64,000 bases of DNA. Origin: Limnochordia bacterium. Its GTDB lineage: Bacteria > Bacillota > Limnochordia > DTU080. The stretch spans positions 160,001 to 224,000 of the forward strand of contig JBMNJG010000004.1 in NCBI GenBank assembly GCA_050951545.1. The letters are read 5' to 3'. The notes below the pieces were generated by a model. That model had not been told where the DNA came from, ran no database searches, and saw only the letters and a program-made list of their open reading frames with translations. A program made the translations under genes and the position numbers. This document shows positions 20,211 to 29,301 of the stretch, one piece after another; within the stretch, counting starts at the first letter, position 1; the number at the start of each line of letters is the position of its first letter.

Positions 20211-20295
20211 CAGGCCTCTCTTCGCAGTTCGCCTGGTTGCATGGGCACATAGCGATCGTCGCGACTGGGACAAACTGTGGAGGAGGTGATCAGAG

Positions 20296-20979
20296 TTGAC
20301 TCGTCGTGCGTCGTTGGTCGTGCTGTCGACTATAGTGCTTGTGCTCTTTTGCTTGGCGGTTGTCGAACCCGAGGCCCGCGCGACACTTTACTGGGGTAGC
20401 AGAGGCACTGATGTGCGCACCCTGCAATGGCGCCTTTCTCAATGGGGTTACTACCGGGGCACCGTAGATGGCGTGTTTGGCGCACAGACTGCCGCGGCGG
20501 TGCGAGATTTTCAGCGAAAAAACGGGCTGCCAGTCGATGGCATCGTGGGCGCAGCCACGTGGGTAGCTCTAGGTCTTGGGGGAGGGGCTGCTTCCCCTTC
20601 CGTCGCTGCGCCAGTCTCTTACGGAACGTCAACACAGACACTGTTATCGCGCTTGGTCGCTGCCGAGGCCCGCGATGAGCCATATGTGGGGCAGGTGGCA
20701 GTAGCAGCAGTTGTACTTAACAGGGTGGCGGACCCGCGCTTTCCCAATACGCTCGCGGGTGTAGTATACCAGCCACATGCTTTCGAATCGGTAAGTAATG
20801 GGTTGGTTTGGGCGCGCAGCCCAACTTCCGTGGAGCAGCGAGCCGCACGTGATGCCTTGACTGGCTGGGATCCTTCCTACGGGTCTGTGTTCTTCTGGAA
20901 CCCGTCGAAACCAGTCAGCTCATGGATCTGGACGCGCTCGATCGTGGCCAGAATAGGCAACCACGTCTTTGCGTACTGA
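20296..20979 (+). CDS. sleB: Spore cortex-lytic enzyme
   Basis: Signal peptide, PG-binding domain (VDGVFG..T..AV..FQ..NGL.VDG), Hydrolase_2 (AEARDEPY.GQVAVAAVVLNR, IGNHVF). Confidence 0.88.
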   Translation: MTRRASLVVLSTIVLVLFCLAVVEPEARATLYWGSRGTDVRTLQWRLSQWGYYRGTVDGVFGAQTAAAVRDFQRKNGLPVDGIVGAATWVALGLGGGAASPSVAAPVSYGTSTQTLLSRLVAAEARDEPYVGQVAVAAVVLNRVADPRFPNTLAGVVYQPHAFESVSNGLVWARSPTSVEQRAARDALTGWDPSYGSVFFWNPSKPVSSWIWTRSIVARIGNHVFAY

Positions 20980-21017
20980 GTATGCGAGGCTGCTCCTCTG
21001 ACAGGAGAGGATCAGCA

Positions 21018-22148
21018 ATGCCAGCAGAACTTGACCTGGTGACAATCCGCAGGGATCTGCATCAGTATCCAGAGACCGCTTTGAATGAGCATCGGACCGC
21101 CCGGGTCATCGCTAACCACCTGCAATCACTAGGGCTGCAGCCGCGATTTGTGGCTACTACAGGCGTGGTGGCTGAGATATCGGGTGTTCAGAAAGGGCCT
21201 GTCGTAGCCCTGCGAGCGGACATCGATGCCCTGCCAGTACAGGAACAAAGTGCAGTGGAGTTCGCCAGCCGACAGCCTGGGGTGATGCATGCCTGTGGGC
21301 ATGATGTGCACACCACGGTGTTGCTCGGGGCCGCTCAGCTGCTGTGTCAGGCTCGCCATGAGCTGCGCGGCAGAGTTCGTCTGATCTTCCAGCCAGCCGA
21401 AGAGACGACTCAGGGAGCCCGAGCCTTGGTCGAGGCCGGGGTCATCGAGCAGGTGGCGGCCATCTTTGGCCTCCACAACTATCCGAGTCTGGCAGCAGGG
21501 CAGGTCGCCTTTCGCACAGGCCCTCTGATGGCCGCCTCTGATCGTCTGCGGATAGTGGTGCGTGGCCGAGGCGGCCACGCTGCGCAGCCGCATCTCACAG
21601 CCGATCCGTTAGTGGCTGCCGCAGCTGTCTTGATGGGGCTGCAGACCGCTGTAAGCCGCCTGGTGGATCCTCTGGAACCGTTGGTTGTGAGCATCGGTCA
21701 CCTGACTGGCGGAAGCACATTCAACGTGATTCCCGATGTGGCCATGATGGAGGGTACGGTGCGCTGCTTCAGCTCGGCACTGCGCTCCGCCTTGCCGCAG
21801 CAGTTGCGGAGCATCGTCACGGGGATCGCAGAAGGCCACCGTTGCGGTGCCGAGGTAGAGTACCTGCCTATGGTTCCACCAGTCACAAATGATCCTTTCT
21901 TGACTGAACTCGCTATGCGGTGTGCGACTGACCTTTTCGGCGTAGAGAGCACCTCGCTCGCGCAACGCTCCTTGGCGGCGGAAGATTTCGCCGTGTACCA
22001 GCAGCAGGTGCCTGGATGTTTTTTCTGGCTGGGTTCGGGTGGGTCCCATGGGTGGCACCATCCCGAGTTCTGTATCGATGAGCGAGCACTGGACGTGGGG
22101 GCGCGTCTGCTGGCTAAGATCGCCATGGAGGCAACAAAAGCTCTGTAG
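21018..22148 (+). CDS. M20D family amidohydrolase
   Basis: RRDLHQYPE, LRADIDALP, MHACGHD, FQPAEE, AEDF; ATG at 21018 after AGGAGAGG. Confidence 0.93.
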   Translation: MPAELDLVTIRRDLHQYPETALNEHRTARVIANHLQSLGLQPRFVATTGVVAEISGVQKGPVVALRADIDALPVQEQSAVEFASRQPGVMHACGHDVHTTVLLGAAQLLCQARHELRGRVRLIFQPAEETTQGARALVEAGVIEQVAAIFGLHNYPSLAAGQVAFRTGPLMAASDRLRIVVRGRGGHAAQPHLTADPLVAAAAVLMGLQTAVSRLVDPLEPLVVSIGHLTGGSTFNVIPDVAMMEGTVRCFSSALRSALPQQLRSIVTGIAEGHRCGAEVEYLPMVPPVTNDPFLTELAMRCATDLFGVESTSLAQRSLAAEDFAVYQQQVPGCFFWLGSGGSHGWHHPEFCIDERALDVGARLLAKIAMEATKAL

Positions 22149-22207
22149 ATCCGTCTTGCCCGGGGCATACTGACGACAGGCATGCCGAGGCTTGACGGGG
22201 GGATAGC

Positions 22208-22792
22208 GTGAAACGCGCGTGGATCTGGGTGCTTATTGGCGGAGTGTTGCTTGGAGTGGCTGGTGTCTATGCTATCGGCAGCAGAAGTCAGCCGCCAGCC
22301 GAGATACGGATACCCAAACCGTCACAGGTGACAACTGAACGTCTCAAGCTGGAGCAGGTGGCTAGTAGCGGTCTAGCAGGTTCTCTAGAGCTTAAGAAGG
22401 CAGAGAAGACGCCACAGGGATGGGTGGTGCAGCTGCGCACTGATGCGAATCACGCCAACTTAGGCTCGCTGCTCGAGCAAGCCAAGGCTGTGTTCGCTGA
22501 GGTGAAGCGGACCAAAATACCTGTTGCCGCATTGGAGCTAGACATCCGCACGGATGAGCTGCGGGACGAATTTGGAAGGCAGCTGACGAATGAGCCGATT
22601 GCCAGGCTTGGCCTCACGGGAGAGACTTTTGCCAAGATCGTGTGGGATGAATTTGATCCGCGGGATTTTGCACGCGTGGCCGATGATTACTGGCTACACG
22701 TCAGATTGCGTCCTCAGCACGATACCATGCTCGAGGGGAAAAAGAAGGACGAAGAGCACGGCGCCATCTCAGTTCGGAAACCTGGCCCTTGA
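22208..22792 (+). CDS. Hypothetical membrane-anchored/exported protein
   Basis: 194-aa ORF with GGGGG RBS and N-terminal hydrophobic helix; no recognised domain. Confidence 0.65.
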   Translation: MKRAWIWVLIGGVLLGVAGVYAIGSRSQPPAEIRIPKPSQVTTERLKLEQVASSGLAGSLELKKAEKTPQGWVVQLRTDANHANLGSLLEQAKAVFAEVKRTKIPVAALELDIRTDELRDEFGRQLTNEPIARLGLTGETFAKIVWDEFDPRDFARVADDYWLHVRLRPQHDTMLEGKKKDEEHGAISVRKPGP

Positions 22793-22796
22793 TAGG

Positions 22797-23501
22797 CTAC
22801 TTGTCTCGTCCGGAGCTCCATACACGACCACCGTCTGCGGGCTCGATGCACCGGGGGTGGTCGTTGGCAGGCGAGTTGGCCAGGGGTAGCACTTCATAGC
22901 CTTCCAGACCGGGTATCGGGCGAGGAGCCAGCAGGCCTTGCAGAGCTGTCGGGTCAAAATGGCAGTGGTCAAGCCATTGGTCTGTCTCTTTAGGGGAAAA
23001 CAAAATGGCTGGCATCCGATGATGAACGGCCCCTACGGTCGCGTTGGCCTTTGTCGTGACAATCGTGAATGTGCGCAGCGGCCCTTGTGGCGAAAGCCAC
23101 TCTTCCCACAGACCAGCCAGGCCGAAAGGCTGACCCGCATCTAGCCTGAAATGAACGGGCACCTTTCTACCTGCATATGTATGCCATTCATAGAACCCGG
23201 TAGCAGGGATAACACACCGACGTTGTTGGAAGGCCTGTCGAAAAGCGGGTCTTTGCGCGAGAGTCTCGGCCCTAGCGTTGATCATTCTTTGGCCTATGGA
23301 GATCTCCTTGGCCCAATGCGGCACTAACCCCCAGCGCAATAGGGCTGCTTGTCGCCCGTGCAGGGGATCTTGGTAGATGCTTACTGCCAGCTGACTCGGT
23401 GCTATGTTGTAGCGGGCGGCGAAGCCCACTGGCATCTGTGGCACGGCGAAGAGCCGGGCCAATAGCTCCGCGTTGCTGGCCAGAGAGAAACGGCCACACA
23501 T
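22797..23501 (-). CDS. SOS response-associated peptidase (SRAP; YedK/HMCES family)
   Basis: N-terminal MCGRF after GGAGG RBS, RYNIAP, WGLVPHW, INARAET, GFYEW, HHRMP. Confidence 0.95.
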   Translation of the reverse strand: MCGRFSLASNAELLARLFAVPQMPVGFAARYNIAPSQLAVSIYQDPLHGRQAALLRWGLVPHWAKEISIGQRMINARAETLAQRPAFRQAFQQRRCVIPATGFYEWHTYAGRKVPVHFRLDAGQPFGLAGLWEEWLSPQGPLRTFTIVTTKANATVGAVHHRMPAILFSPKETDQWLDHCHFDPTALQGLLAPRPIPGLEGYEVLPLANSPANDHPRCIEPADGGRVWSSGRDK

Positions 23502-23523
23502 GTTCTTTCCCTCCGTTTCGTGA

Positions 23524-24606
23524 TCAGTGATAGCCAAGCAGTGCTCTTTTCTCTCTGTGGTAGTACAGGTAGTTATCCAAAGGGACTCCGCATGGAACGC
23601 GGTGATCAACGTGGGGAATGAAGCCGCCCTCTTCTACCACTGGTGCTAGGCGCTTGAGCTCATTCAGAATAGCGTCTCGATCTCGATAGAGCACCATCTT
23701 GTCAAAGCCACCTAGCAGAAGCAGCTCCTTGCCGTACTTACGGCGCAGCATGACAGGATCAGACCCTGCCCGCACCTCAATGGGGAACATGCAGTTGTAG
23801 CCAGCCTCAAGCCAGATATCGACCACCTCAGTGATGTTACCGTCGCAGTCCGTCCAGATGACGTCCACACCATGTTGGCGCAAGAGGCAAGAGATGCGTT
23901 TGTAGCGCGGCAGCAGAAACTCCCGTAGCATCGCCGGGCTAAACAGCGGCCCGTTGTTGAAGCAGAAGTCTTCCCACCCAGCGGCGTAGTCAAACTCGAT
24001 GCGTTCCAGAAACGGCGTGATCCCATGCATGATCAGTTGGCATTGGGTTTCCACCATATCATCTACCAGCTCGGGATCATCGTAGGCCAACAAAGCGATC
24101 TGCTCAAATCCCGTCCAATCGCGAGGTTTGCCCAGCAGAGAGCCAATGTTGATCCCTACAGGAACCTCACTTCGCCGACATCGCTCGGCTATCTCGTCCA
24201 TATTGGCCACTTGTCGCTGTGGTGAACGAGGGTTGAGACGCTCCTTAAAGCAGCTCCAAGACGCCCGATCCTTGATTGGAAATTCCAGGTAGTGGGGGAT
24301 GCTTGCTTCTCCGCTATCGTGTACTTCGCAAATCACCCCTTCGGCGTCTTGGTACACCCTGCGACCATCCTCGACGCGCAGGGTTCTCGCCTTGAATGAC
24401 GGAATCAGTCCCAGAGGGGGGCCGACGATGACCTTGCGGTCGAGGCCGAAGTAGGCATCCGCCGCCTTCTCATCTTTGACCTCAACCGGAAGTCCCTGAG
24501 CATGCCATTCCGGGTAGAGCTGGTCCCAGTAGCCAAACTCATAGTTGGGAATCCGATCTACCTTCTGGAAGTGGAAGACCCTTTGCCAACGCTCTCTTGG
24601 GTTCAA
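23524..24606 (-). CDS. UroD/MtaA-superfamily protein, probable corrinoid-dependent methyltransferase
   Basis: MNPRER...DRIP start, EDFCFNNGPLFSP..LREF..P.Y, DCDGN, GGFDK, GGFIPHVDH; adjacent to corrinoid protein and activator. Confidence 0.8.
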   Translation of the reverse strand: MNPRERWQRVFHFQKVDRIPNYEFGYWDQLYPEWHAQGLPVEVKDEKAADAYFGLDRKVIVGPPLGLIPSFKARTLRVEDGRRVYQDAEGVICEVHDSGEASIPHYLEFPIKDRASWSCFKERLNPRSPQRQVANMDEIAERCRRSEVPVGINIGSLLGKPRDWTGFEQIALLAYDDPELVDDMVETQCQLIMHGITPFLERIEFDYAAGWEDFCFNNGPLFSPAMLREFLLPRYKRISCLLRQHGVDVIWTDCDGNITEVVDIWLEAGYNCMFPIEVRAGSDPVMLRRKYGKELLLLGGFDKMVLYRDRDAILNELKRLAPVVEEGGFIPHVDHRVPCGVPLDNYLYYHREKRALLGYH

Positions 24607-24641
24607 GGCTCATGCACCTCACAAGGGGGTAATGCTGCCTA

Positions 24642-26459
24642 TCAGAAGAACATGGCTTCGACGAATCTCTCCTGAAATGCCAGTTCGCCGCCTAGATCCA
24701 CATGCTCAGCTCGTTTGGCCAGCTCAACGCAAGCAGTGCGGGCAGTCCTAGAGGTAAGGGCCAACACAGCACCTGCTCCAGCGGCATTGCCCAGAGATCG
24801 AATGCGGGGCAGGGGCAGAGGTGGCAACAGCCCGATGCACAGGGCACTGTCTTTGCGGACATAAGTGCCGAAGGCACCAGCTAGCAGAACCTCATCGAGT
24901 TCGGTAGCCAGTATGCCGGCGCGCAGGCAGCAGATGTCGACCGCTGCTCGAATCGCGCCCTTGGCCAGCTGCACCTGACGAATGTCTGCTTGCGTGAAGT
25001 CGATCGTCTGTGGCCTCTCAGTGAGACGGAAAACAATCCCACCATCTGTCTCTACCAAGTGACCAGCGAGACCCGGTTTGCCTGCAGCGGCGACCTCTTC
25101 GGAGGATCGCAGGCGTCCAGTCTCATCAATCACGTCGAGGCGTACCAGCTCAGCCACAAGATCAATGAGTCCGGAACCACAGATGCCTCTGGCTGAATCA
25201 TTGTCACCCAGCACATGTAACTGCACGCCATCAGGATTCAGGGCGACGCCGTCGATAGCTCCGGGTTCAGCGCGCATGCCGTTCAGGATCTGTACTCCTT
25301 CAAAGGCGGGCCCTGCGGCAGCTGAGCAGGCCCATATGCGCCCATTGGCAGAAAGAAGGATCTCACCGTTAGTACCTAGATCGATCAGGAGGCGCGGCTT
25401 GTTGTCTGATAGCAGTTGGCCAGCGACGGCGGCTGCTACAGCGTCGGCCCCCACAAACCCACCGACAAGTGGACCACTCCAAAGCAGCGTGTCCGGAAAG
25501 CCATCGATGCCAAGCGCGGCTGCGGTCGTGAAAACCTCAGATCTGTGCACAGGCAGATAGGGCGATTGGCCAAGTCGTCTGGGAGACAGCCCCAAAAGCA
25601 GATGGTGCATACAGGTGTTTCCTACAACGCTCATGGCCACGATGTCGCTGGGCGCCACCGTTTTTGAAGCTGCCAAGGCACTCGCCATTTCGCCCATGGT
25701 AGAGGTGATCTCACCATGCAGAAGCTGCAGGCCCTCGCGCGTAGAAGCCACATCGATACGCGACATGACATCAGCCCCGTGCGCCGCCTGTGGATTGGCA
25801 CGAGGCAATGCCCCTACTACCTCCCTGCTTTGCAGGTCTACGAGATAGGCGACCAGCGTGGTGGTCCCTATGTCGAAAGCCACCCCGTAGTAGCAGAGGC
25901 GGTTTTGACCTACTGGGCGAACACAAAGCAACTGCTCGGCAAAACTGGCCACTTCCAGCTCTTGAACGTCGCCAGCGAGAGCCTCAGGCATCATGCGCAG
26001 CAGGCCAATGTGAGGCGACTCAGCCTGAATGGTACCATTGCTAGCCGATACGAGACGTTCCCAGTCAGAGAGAGACTCCGGTAACGCTGGCGGCAACTGG
26101 ATCCGTTGGAGCTGAAGGTTGCTATCGCCGACATGCAGATCGCCGTAGCCATCTACTAGGATGGCGGAGTCTGAAGCTTTTGGTAATGAGTGAACCAAAA
26201 CCTCGCCTCCCGATGAACGGGCCTGGCAGATAAGGCGAATGCCTGTGGCGAGATCCGCAGCAGAGAGATGCTGGAGTTCGGTAGCGTTGGGAGCCTGCAA
26301 GGCTCCGGTTACGAGCGCTCGGCATTTTCCGCATGAGCCACGACCATTGCAGGGGAGTGTGATACTCTCCCCTGCGGCCATAAGGCTATCGGCAAGAAGA
26401 GCGCCTTGTTTCATCTGTAGGCGGAGAATCCCCTCAGCAGTGTTTCTAGCGAATGACAT
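24642..26459 (-). CDS. Reductive activator of corrinoid proteins (RACo; 2Fe-2S plus ASKHA)
   Basis: CNGRGSCGKC...RLICQ 2Fe-2S motif, DIGTTT, GADVMSRI, DLGTNGE, AAGPAFEG, GICGSG, QLAKGAI, LAGAFG. Confidence 0.92.
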   Translation of the reverse strand: MSFARNTAEGILRLQMKQGALLADSLMAAGESITLPCNGRGSCGKCRALVTGALQAPNATELQHLSAADLATGIRLICQARSSGGEVLVHSLPKASDSAILVDGYGDLHVGDSNLQLQRIQLPPALPESLSDWERLVSASNGTIQAESPHIGLLRMMPEALAGDVQELEVASFAEQLLCVRPVGQNRLCYYGVAFDIGTTTLVAYLVDLQSREVVGALPRANPQAAHGADVMSRIDVASTREGLQLLHGEITSTMGEMASALAASKTVAPSDIVAMSVVGNTCMHHLLLGLSPRRLGQSPYLPVHRSEVFTTAAALGIDGFPDTLLWSGPLVGGFVGADAVAAAVAGQLLSDNKPRLLIDLGTNGEILLSANGRIWACSAAAGPAFEGVQILNGMRAEPGAIDGVALNPDGVQLHVLGDNDSARGICGSGLIDLVAELVRLDVIDETGRLRSSEEVAAAGKPGLAGHLVETDGGIVFRLTERPQTIDFTQADIRQVQLAKGAIRAAVDICCLRAGILATELDEVLLAGAFGTYVRKDSALCIGLLPPLPLPRIRSLGNAAGAGAVLALTSRTARTACVELAKRAEHVDLGGELAFQERFVEAMFF

Positions 26460-26479
26460 GAGTCACAGGGAACCCCATT

Positions 26480-27112
26480 TCAGGCAACGAGTGATTTGGC
26501 CACATCTACAGCGGAACCAGCGTCAGGCGCATAGGCATCGGCGCCAATTTCCTGAGCGAAGGCATCGGTGATCGGAGCGCCACCAATAATCACCTTCACC
26601 TGGTCGCGTAGACCTTTCTCGACAAGAAACTTGATTGTCTGTGCCATAGCGGGCATGGTAGTGGTAAGTAGGGCTGACATGCCTAGAATATGGGGCTGGT
26701 GCTCGCGAACCGCCTCCACGAACCTCTCTGGTGAGACATCGATGCCCAGGTCCACAACGTCAAATCCGGCTCCCTCTAGCATCATAGCCACGAGTTTCTT
26801 GCCGATATCATGCAAGTCGCCTTTTACCGTGCCTATGATTACCTTGCCAATGGGCTGCAGGTCAGACTCAGAGACTAAGGGTTTCACGATGGCGAGCCCG
26901 GCATTCATGGCCCTAGCTGCGATGAGCACTTCGGGCACATAGATCTCATTATTCTTGAACCTGTCAGCGACGACCTCCATACCAGCTATCAGGCCTTGGT
27001 TGATAAGCTCTGCAGGCTTGGTGCCACTGGCGATAGCTTCGTTTATCAGTCGTTCGGTCTCTGGGGCTCTTCCATTGATGACCGCCTGCGCAATCTGCTG
27101 GAACTGACTCAA
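26480..27112 (-). CDS. Cobalamin-binding corrinoid protein (MtaC/MtbC-like)
   Basis: Cap domain (IYVPEVLIAARAM) plus GTVKGDLHDIGK, SALLTTT, IIGGAP. Confidence 0.95.
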   Translation of the reverse strand: MSQFQQIAQAVINGRAPETERLINEAIASGTKPAELINQGLIAGMEVVADRFKNNEIYVPEVLIAARAMNAGLAIVKPLVSESDLQPIGKVIIGTVKGDLHDIGKKLVAMMLEGAGFDVVDLGIDVSPERFVEAVREHQPHILGMSALLTTTMPAMAQTIKFLVEKGLRDQVKVIIGGAPITDAFAQEIGADAYAPDAGSAVDVAKSLVA

Positions 27113-27418
27113 AAGTGACTCCCTCCCTATTCGGATAGTGGGGCTCTACTTAAGCAGTGGTAGTGCAGATTTCGCCCACGTGCTAATCTTCTCCTTGTTT
27201 TTTCGCGGTTCGGTTGGGTACCCTTTACTGGATCATCAACGGCAAGCCAGTCTTTATTTCGCGTATTCCCGACCAGGAGGCCTTTCGTCAGAGATCCTGG
27301 AGGGGACGTGTCCAAGATGAACTGCGACTCCTAGGCCCTTTCGCTTCGCGACGCGTATAATAACACTGGAATATGCTTTTCGCGCTTTCTGTGTACTGTC
27401 GAATGGGAGGAGTGGCGC

Positions 27419-27772
27419 ATGCCAGCGTGTGGATGGAGTTCGTTTCCTCCGGAAACAGCCAGCGACACTGCGGGAGCGGTGCAGCCTGCGAGTGATCAAG
27501 TGCGACAAATAGCAGGGGCAGGGAGGATGACTTGCCGCAGAGAGCAGCCGACCTTTCAAGGCCAACTGGAGGATCTAGAGGGCGTTCTGGTGACCTTGTA
27601 CACCACTAGCGGTCGAAGTGTGGGCGGTCGGATTGAGCAGGTCTATCGAGACTACCTGACGTTTGTCTCTGGAGGTGTCCAGGAAGCGATTCCGCTCAGT
27701 CAGATAACGAACCTCCGAGTGTGTCCCGCAGTCGCGGCGAATTCTCAAGCGACAACTGTCGTTGTTGGGTAG
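27419..27772 (+). CDS. Small hypothetical protein, DUF2642-like fold
   Basis: LEGVLVTLYTTSGRSVGGRIEQVYRDYLTF...IPLSQIT pattern; two in-frame RBS-supported ATGs (27419 and about 27527). Confidence 0.5.
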   Translation: MPACGWSSFPPETASDTAGAVQPASDQVRQIAGAGRMTCRREQPTFQGQLEDLEGVLVTLYTTSGRSVGGRIEQVYRDYLTFVSGGVQEAIPLSQITNLRVCPAVAANSQATTVVVG

Positions 27773-27793
27773 ACGCACGTATGTCACCCGGCT

Positions 27794-27824
27794 GGAGAGC
27801 TCAGGCTGTACGCCTGGGCTCTCC
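27794..27824. terminator. GC-rich hairpin between convergent genes
   Basis: GGAGAGCTCAGGC-TGTAC-GCCTGGGCTCTCC. Confidence 0.6.
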
Positions 27825-28048
27825 GTATTGTCTACGCACGTGGCTCTATTTTCTGCGCGTGTGTGCGGAAGTCCCGCGTCAGCCATGCGTCATATGGTGC
27901 GCGAGGTTCATCCGGATGTGCTGCTACGGGGGTAGCCGATCCCGATGAGGTTGGAGGCCTCGGAGACCACCCTGAGCTGCTTGAACTTTACGCGCCATGG
28001 CGCAATGTCTGCCTGGCCTCATCCACACGGGAGCATCATTCATCCCGC

Positions 28049-29239
28049 CTACAGAGGGTACATCTTGAACAGGATCTGAGCCAGGACGATCTTGGTGATC
28101 ATCCCTACGGGGTAGGCAATGGCGTAGCTCAGATTGGGTAGCTCTGATTGGGACCGCTCGTTCGAGTAGACCAGAGCGGCAGGTTGCGTCTGCAGACCAG
28201 AGAGGGTACCGATGGCCAGGGCCATGGGCACTTTCAGCACCTTGTGGTAGATAAAGAGGGTGAGGCTACCATAGATGAAGGTGACAGCGGCGCCACCAAG
28301 CAGAACCAGAGGTCCCAGTTCCTTGAAGGTCGAGGCGAAGTCGTATCCCGAGCGTGTACCAATACCCGCCAGAAACAGGACAATGCCTAGTTGCCGCACG
28401 GTGTGACTCACGCCGTCGGGCATGCTCCACACGAGGCGACCAGTACGGCCAGCCCGACCGAGAATCAGGGCCGCGATAAGAGGCCCGCCCACGAAACCAA
28501 GCCGAAAGGAGAGTCCCCCAGGCAGTGGGATGGGCACCAGACCCAAGAGAAGCCCCAAGGAGATTCCCAGGGGCATGGTGAGAAGATTGAGCCCCTCCAC
28601 CTCGAGTTTCTGCGGTTCTTTGCTCTCTGCGTCAGCGAGCGAGGCAGTGTGCTCTCTGGCTTCTTGCGCAAAGTCAACGCGCCATATGACGGAGAACATA
28701 TGGATGGCGAGAATAATACCAATAACTCCAAAAGGGTAGGTGAGAGAGTACCCCACGACTGGCTCAGCCAGAAGCCGCTCTGCGAAAGGCTCGCCGCTGG
28801 ACTTCAGTGCTTCGATGACCGCTGCCAGTGCGGGAGTATTCGTAAGGCTGCCTGCAAAGAGGCCAGCGACAAGAGTGCGTGGCAGATGCAACAGACGGCC
28901 TACCCACGCAGAAAGCAGACAAGCCAATGCCAAGAGAGCAACCCCGAGCGAGACATCGCGGAGCCCATGACGTCGCAAGGCGGTAAAGAAAGCAGAGCCC
29001 GAAGAAAGGCCTACGCCATAGACAAACAGAATGAGGCCCAACTGATAGACAATCTCGGGTAACCCCAGTTGTGGATGTAGGGCGCCAAGGGCCAGACCGA
29101 CAAAGAGAATGGCGGCGACTCCTAGGCGGAAGCTTCCGATACGCACCTCGCCCAGTCTGTAACCTAGGCCAATCACCACGAATAGCAGCAGCAATGGGTT
29201 GGCCAAGAAAAGATCGACAAGTGGATCAAGGTAGTGCAA
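28049..29239 (-). CDS. AspT/YidE/YbjL-family antiporter (short form)
   Basis: LGVAAILFVGL, GLILFVY.VG..SG..FF, AGSLTNTPAL, GLQTQPAAL, YAIAYP; TTG at 29239 after GGAGGT. Confidence 0.85.
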   Translation of the reverse strand: MHYLDPLVDLFLANPLLLLFVVIGLGYRLGEVRIGSFRLGVAAILFVGLALGALHPQLGLPEIVYQLGLILFVYGVGLSSGSAFFTALRRHGLRDVSLGVALLALACLLSAWVGRLLHLPRTLVAGLFAGSLTNTPALAAVIEALKSSGEPFAERLLAEPVVGYSLTYPFGVIGIILAIHMFSVIWRVDFAQEAREHTASLADAESKEPQKLEVEGLNLLTMPLGISLGLLLGLVPIPLPGGLSFRLGFVGGPLIAALILGRAGRTGRLVWSMPDGVSHTVRQLGIVLFLAGIGTRSGYDFASTFKELGPLVLLGGAAVTFIYGSLTLFIYHKVLKVPMALAIGTLSGLQTQPAALVYSNERSQSELPNLSYAIAYPVGMITKIVLAQILFKMYPL

Positions 29240-29301
29240 CCGTATTAACCTCCAGTCTCTTCCGTGCCTCCTGGCTGAGCGCAGGAGGTCTGCTATGCGA
29301 G

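Noticed and set aside
27113-27400. Expected cobalamin riboswitch upstream of the corrinoid operon
   Set aside because: No B12-box or GGGAA...GGTG.AA.TCC motifs recognised on the minus strand
27825-28048. Unexplained spacer of about 220 bp with short ORFs (possible gene remnant)
   Set aside because: No RBS-supported ORF or recognisable motif in any frame
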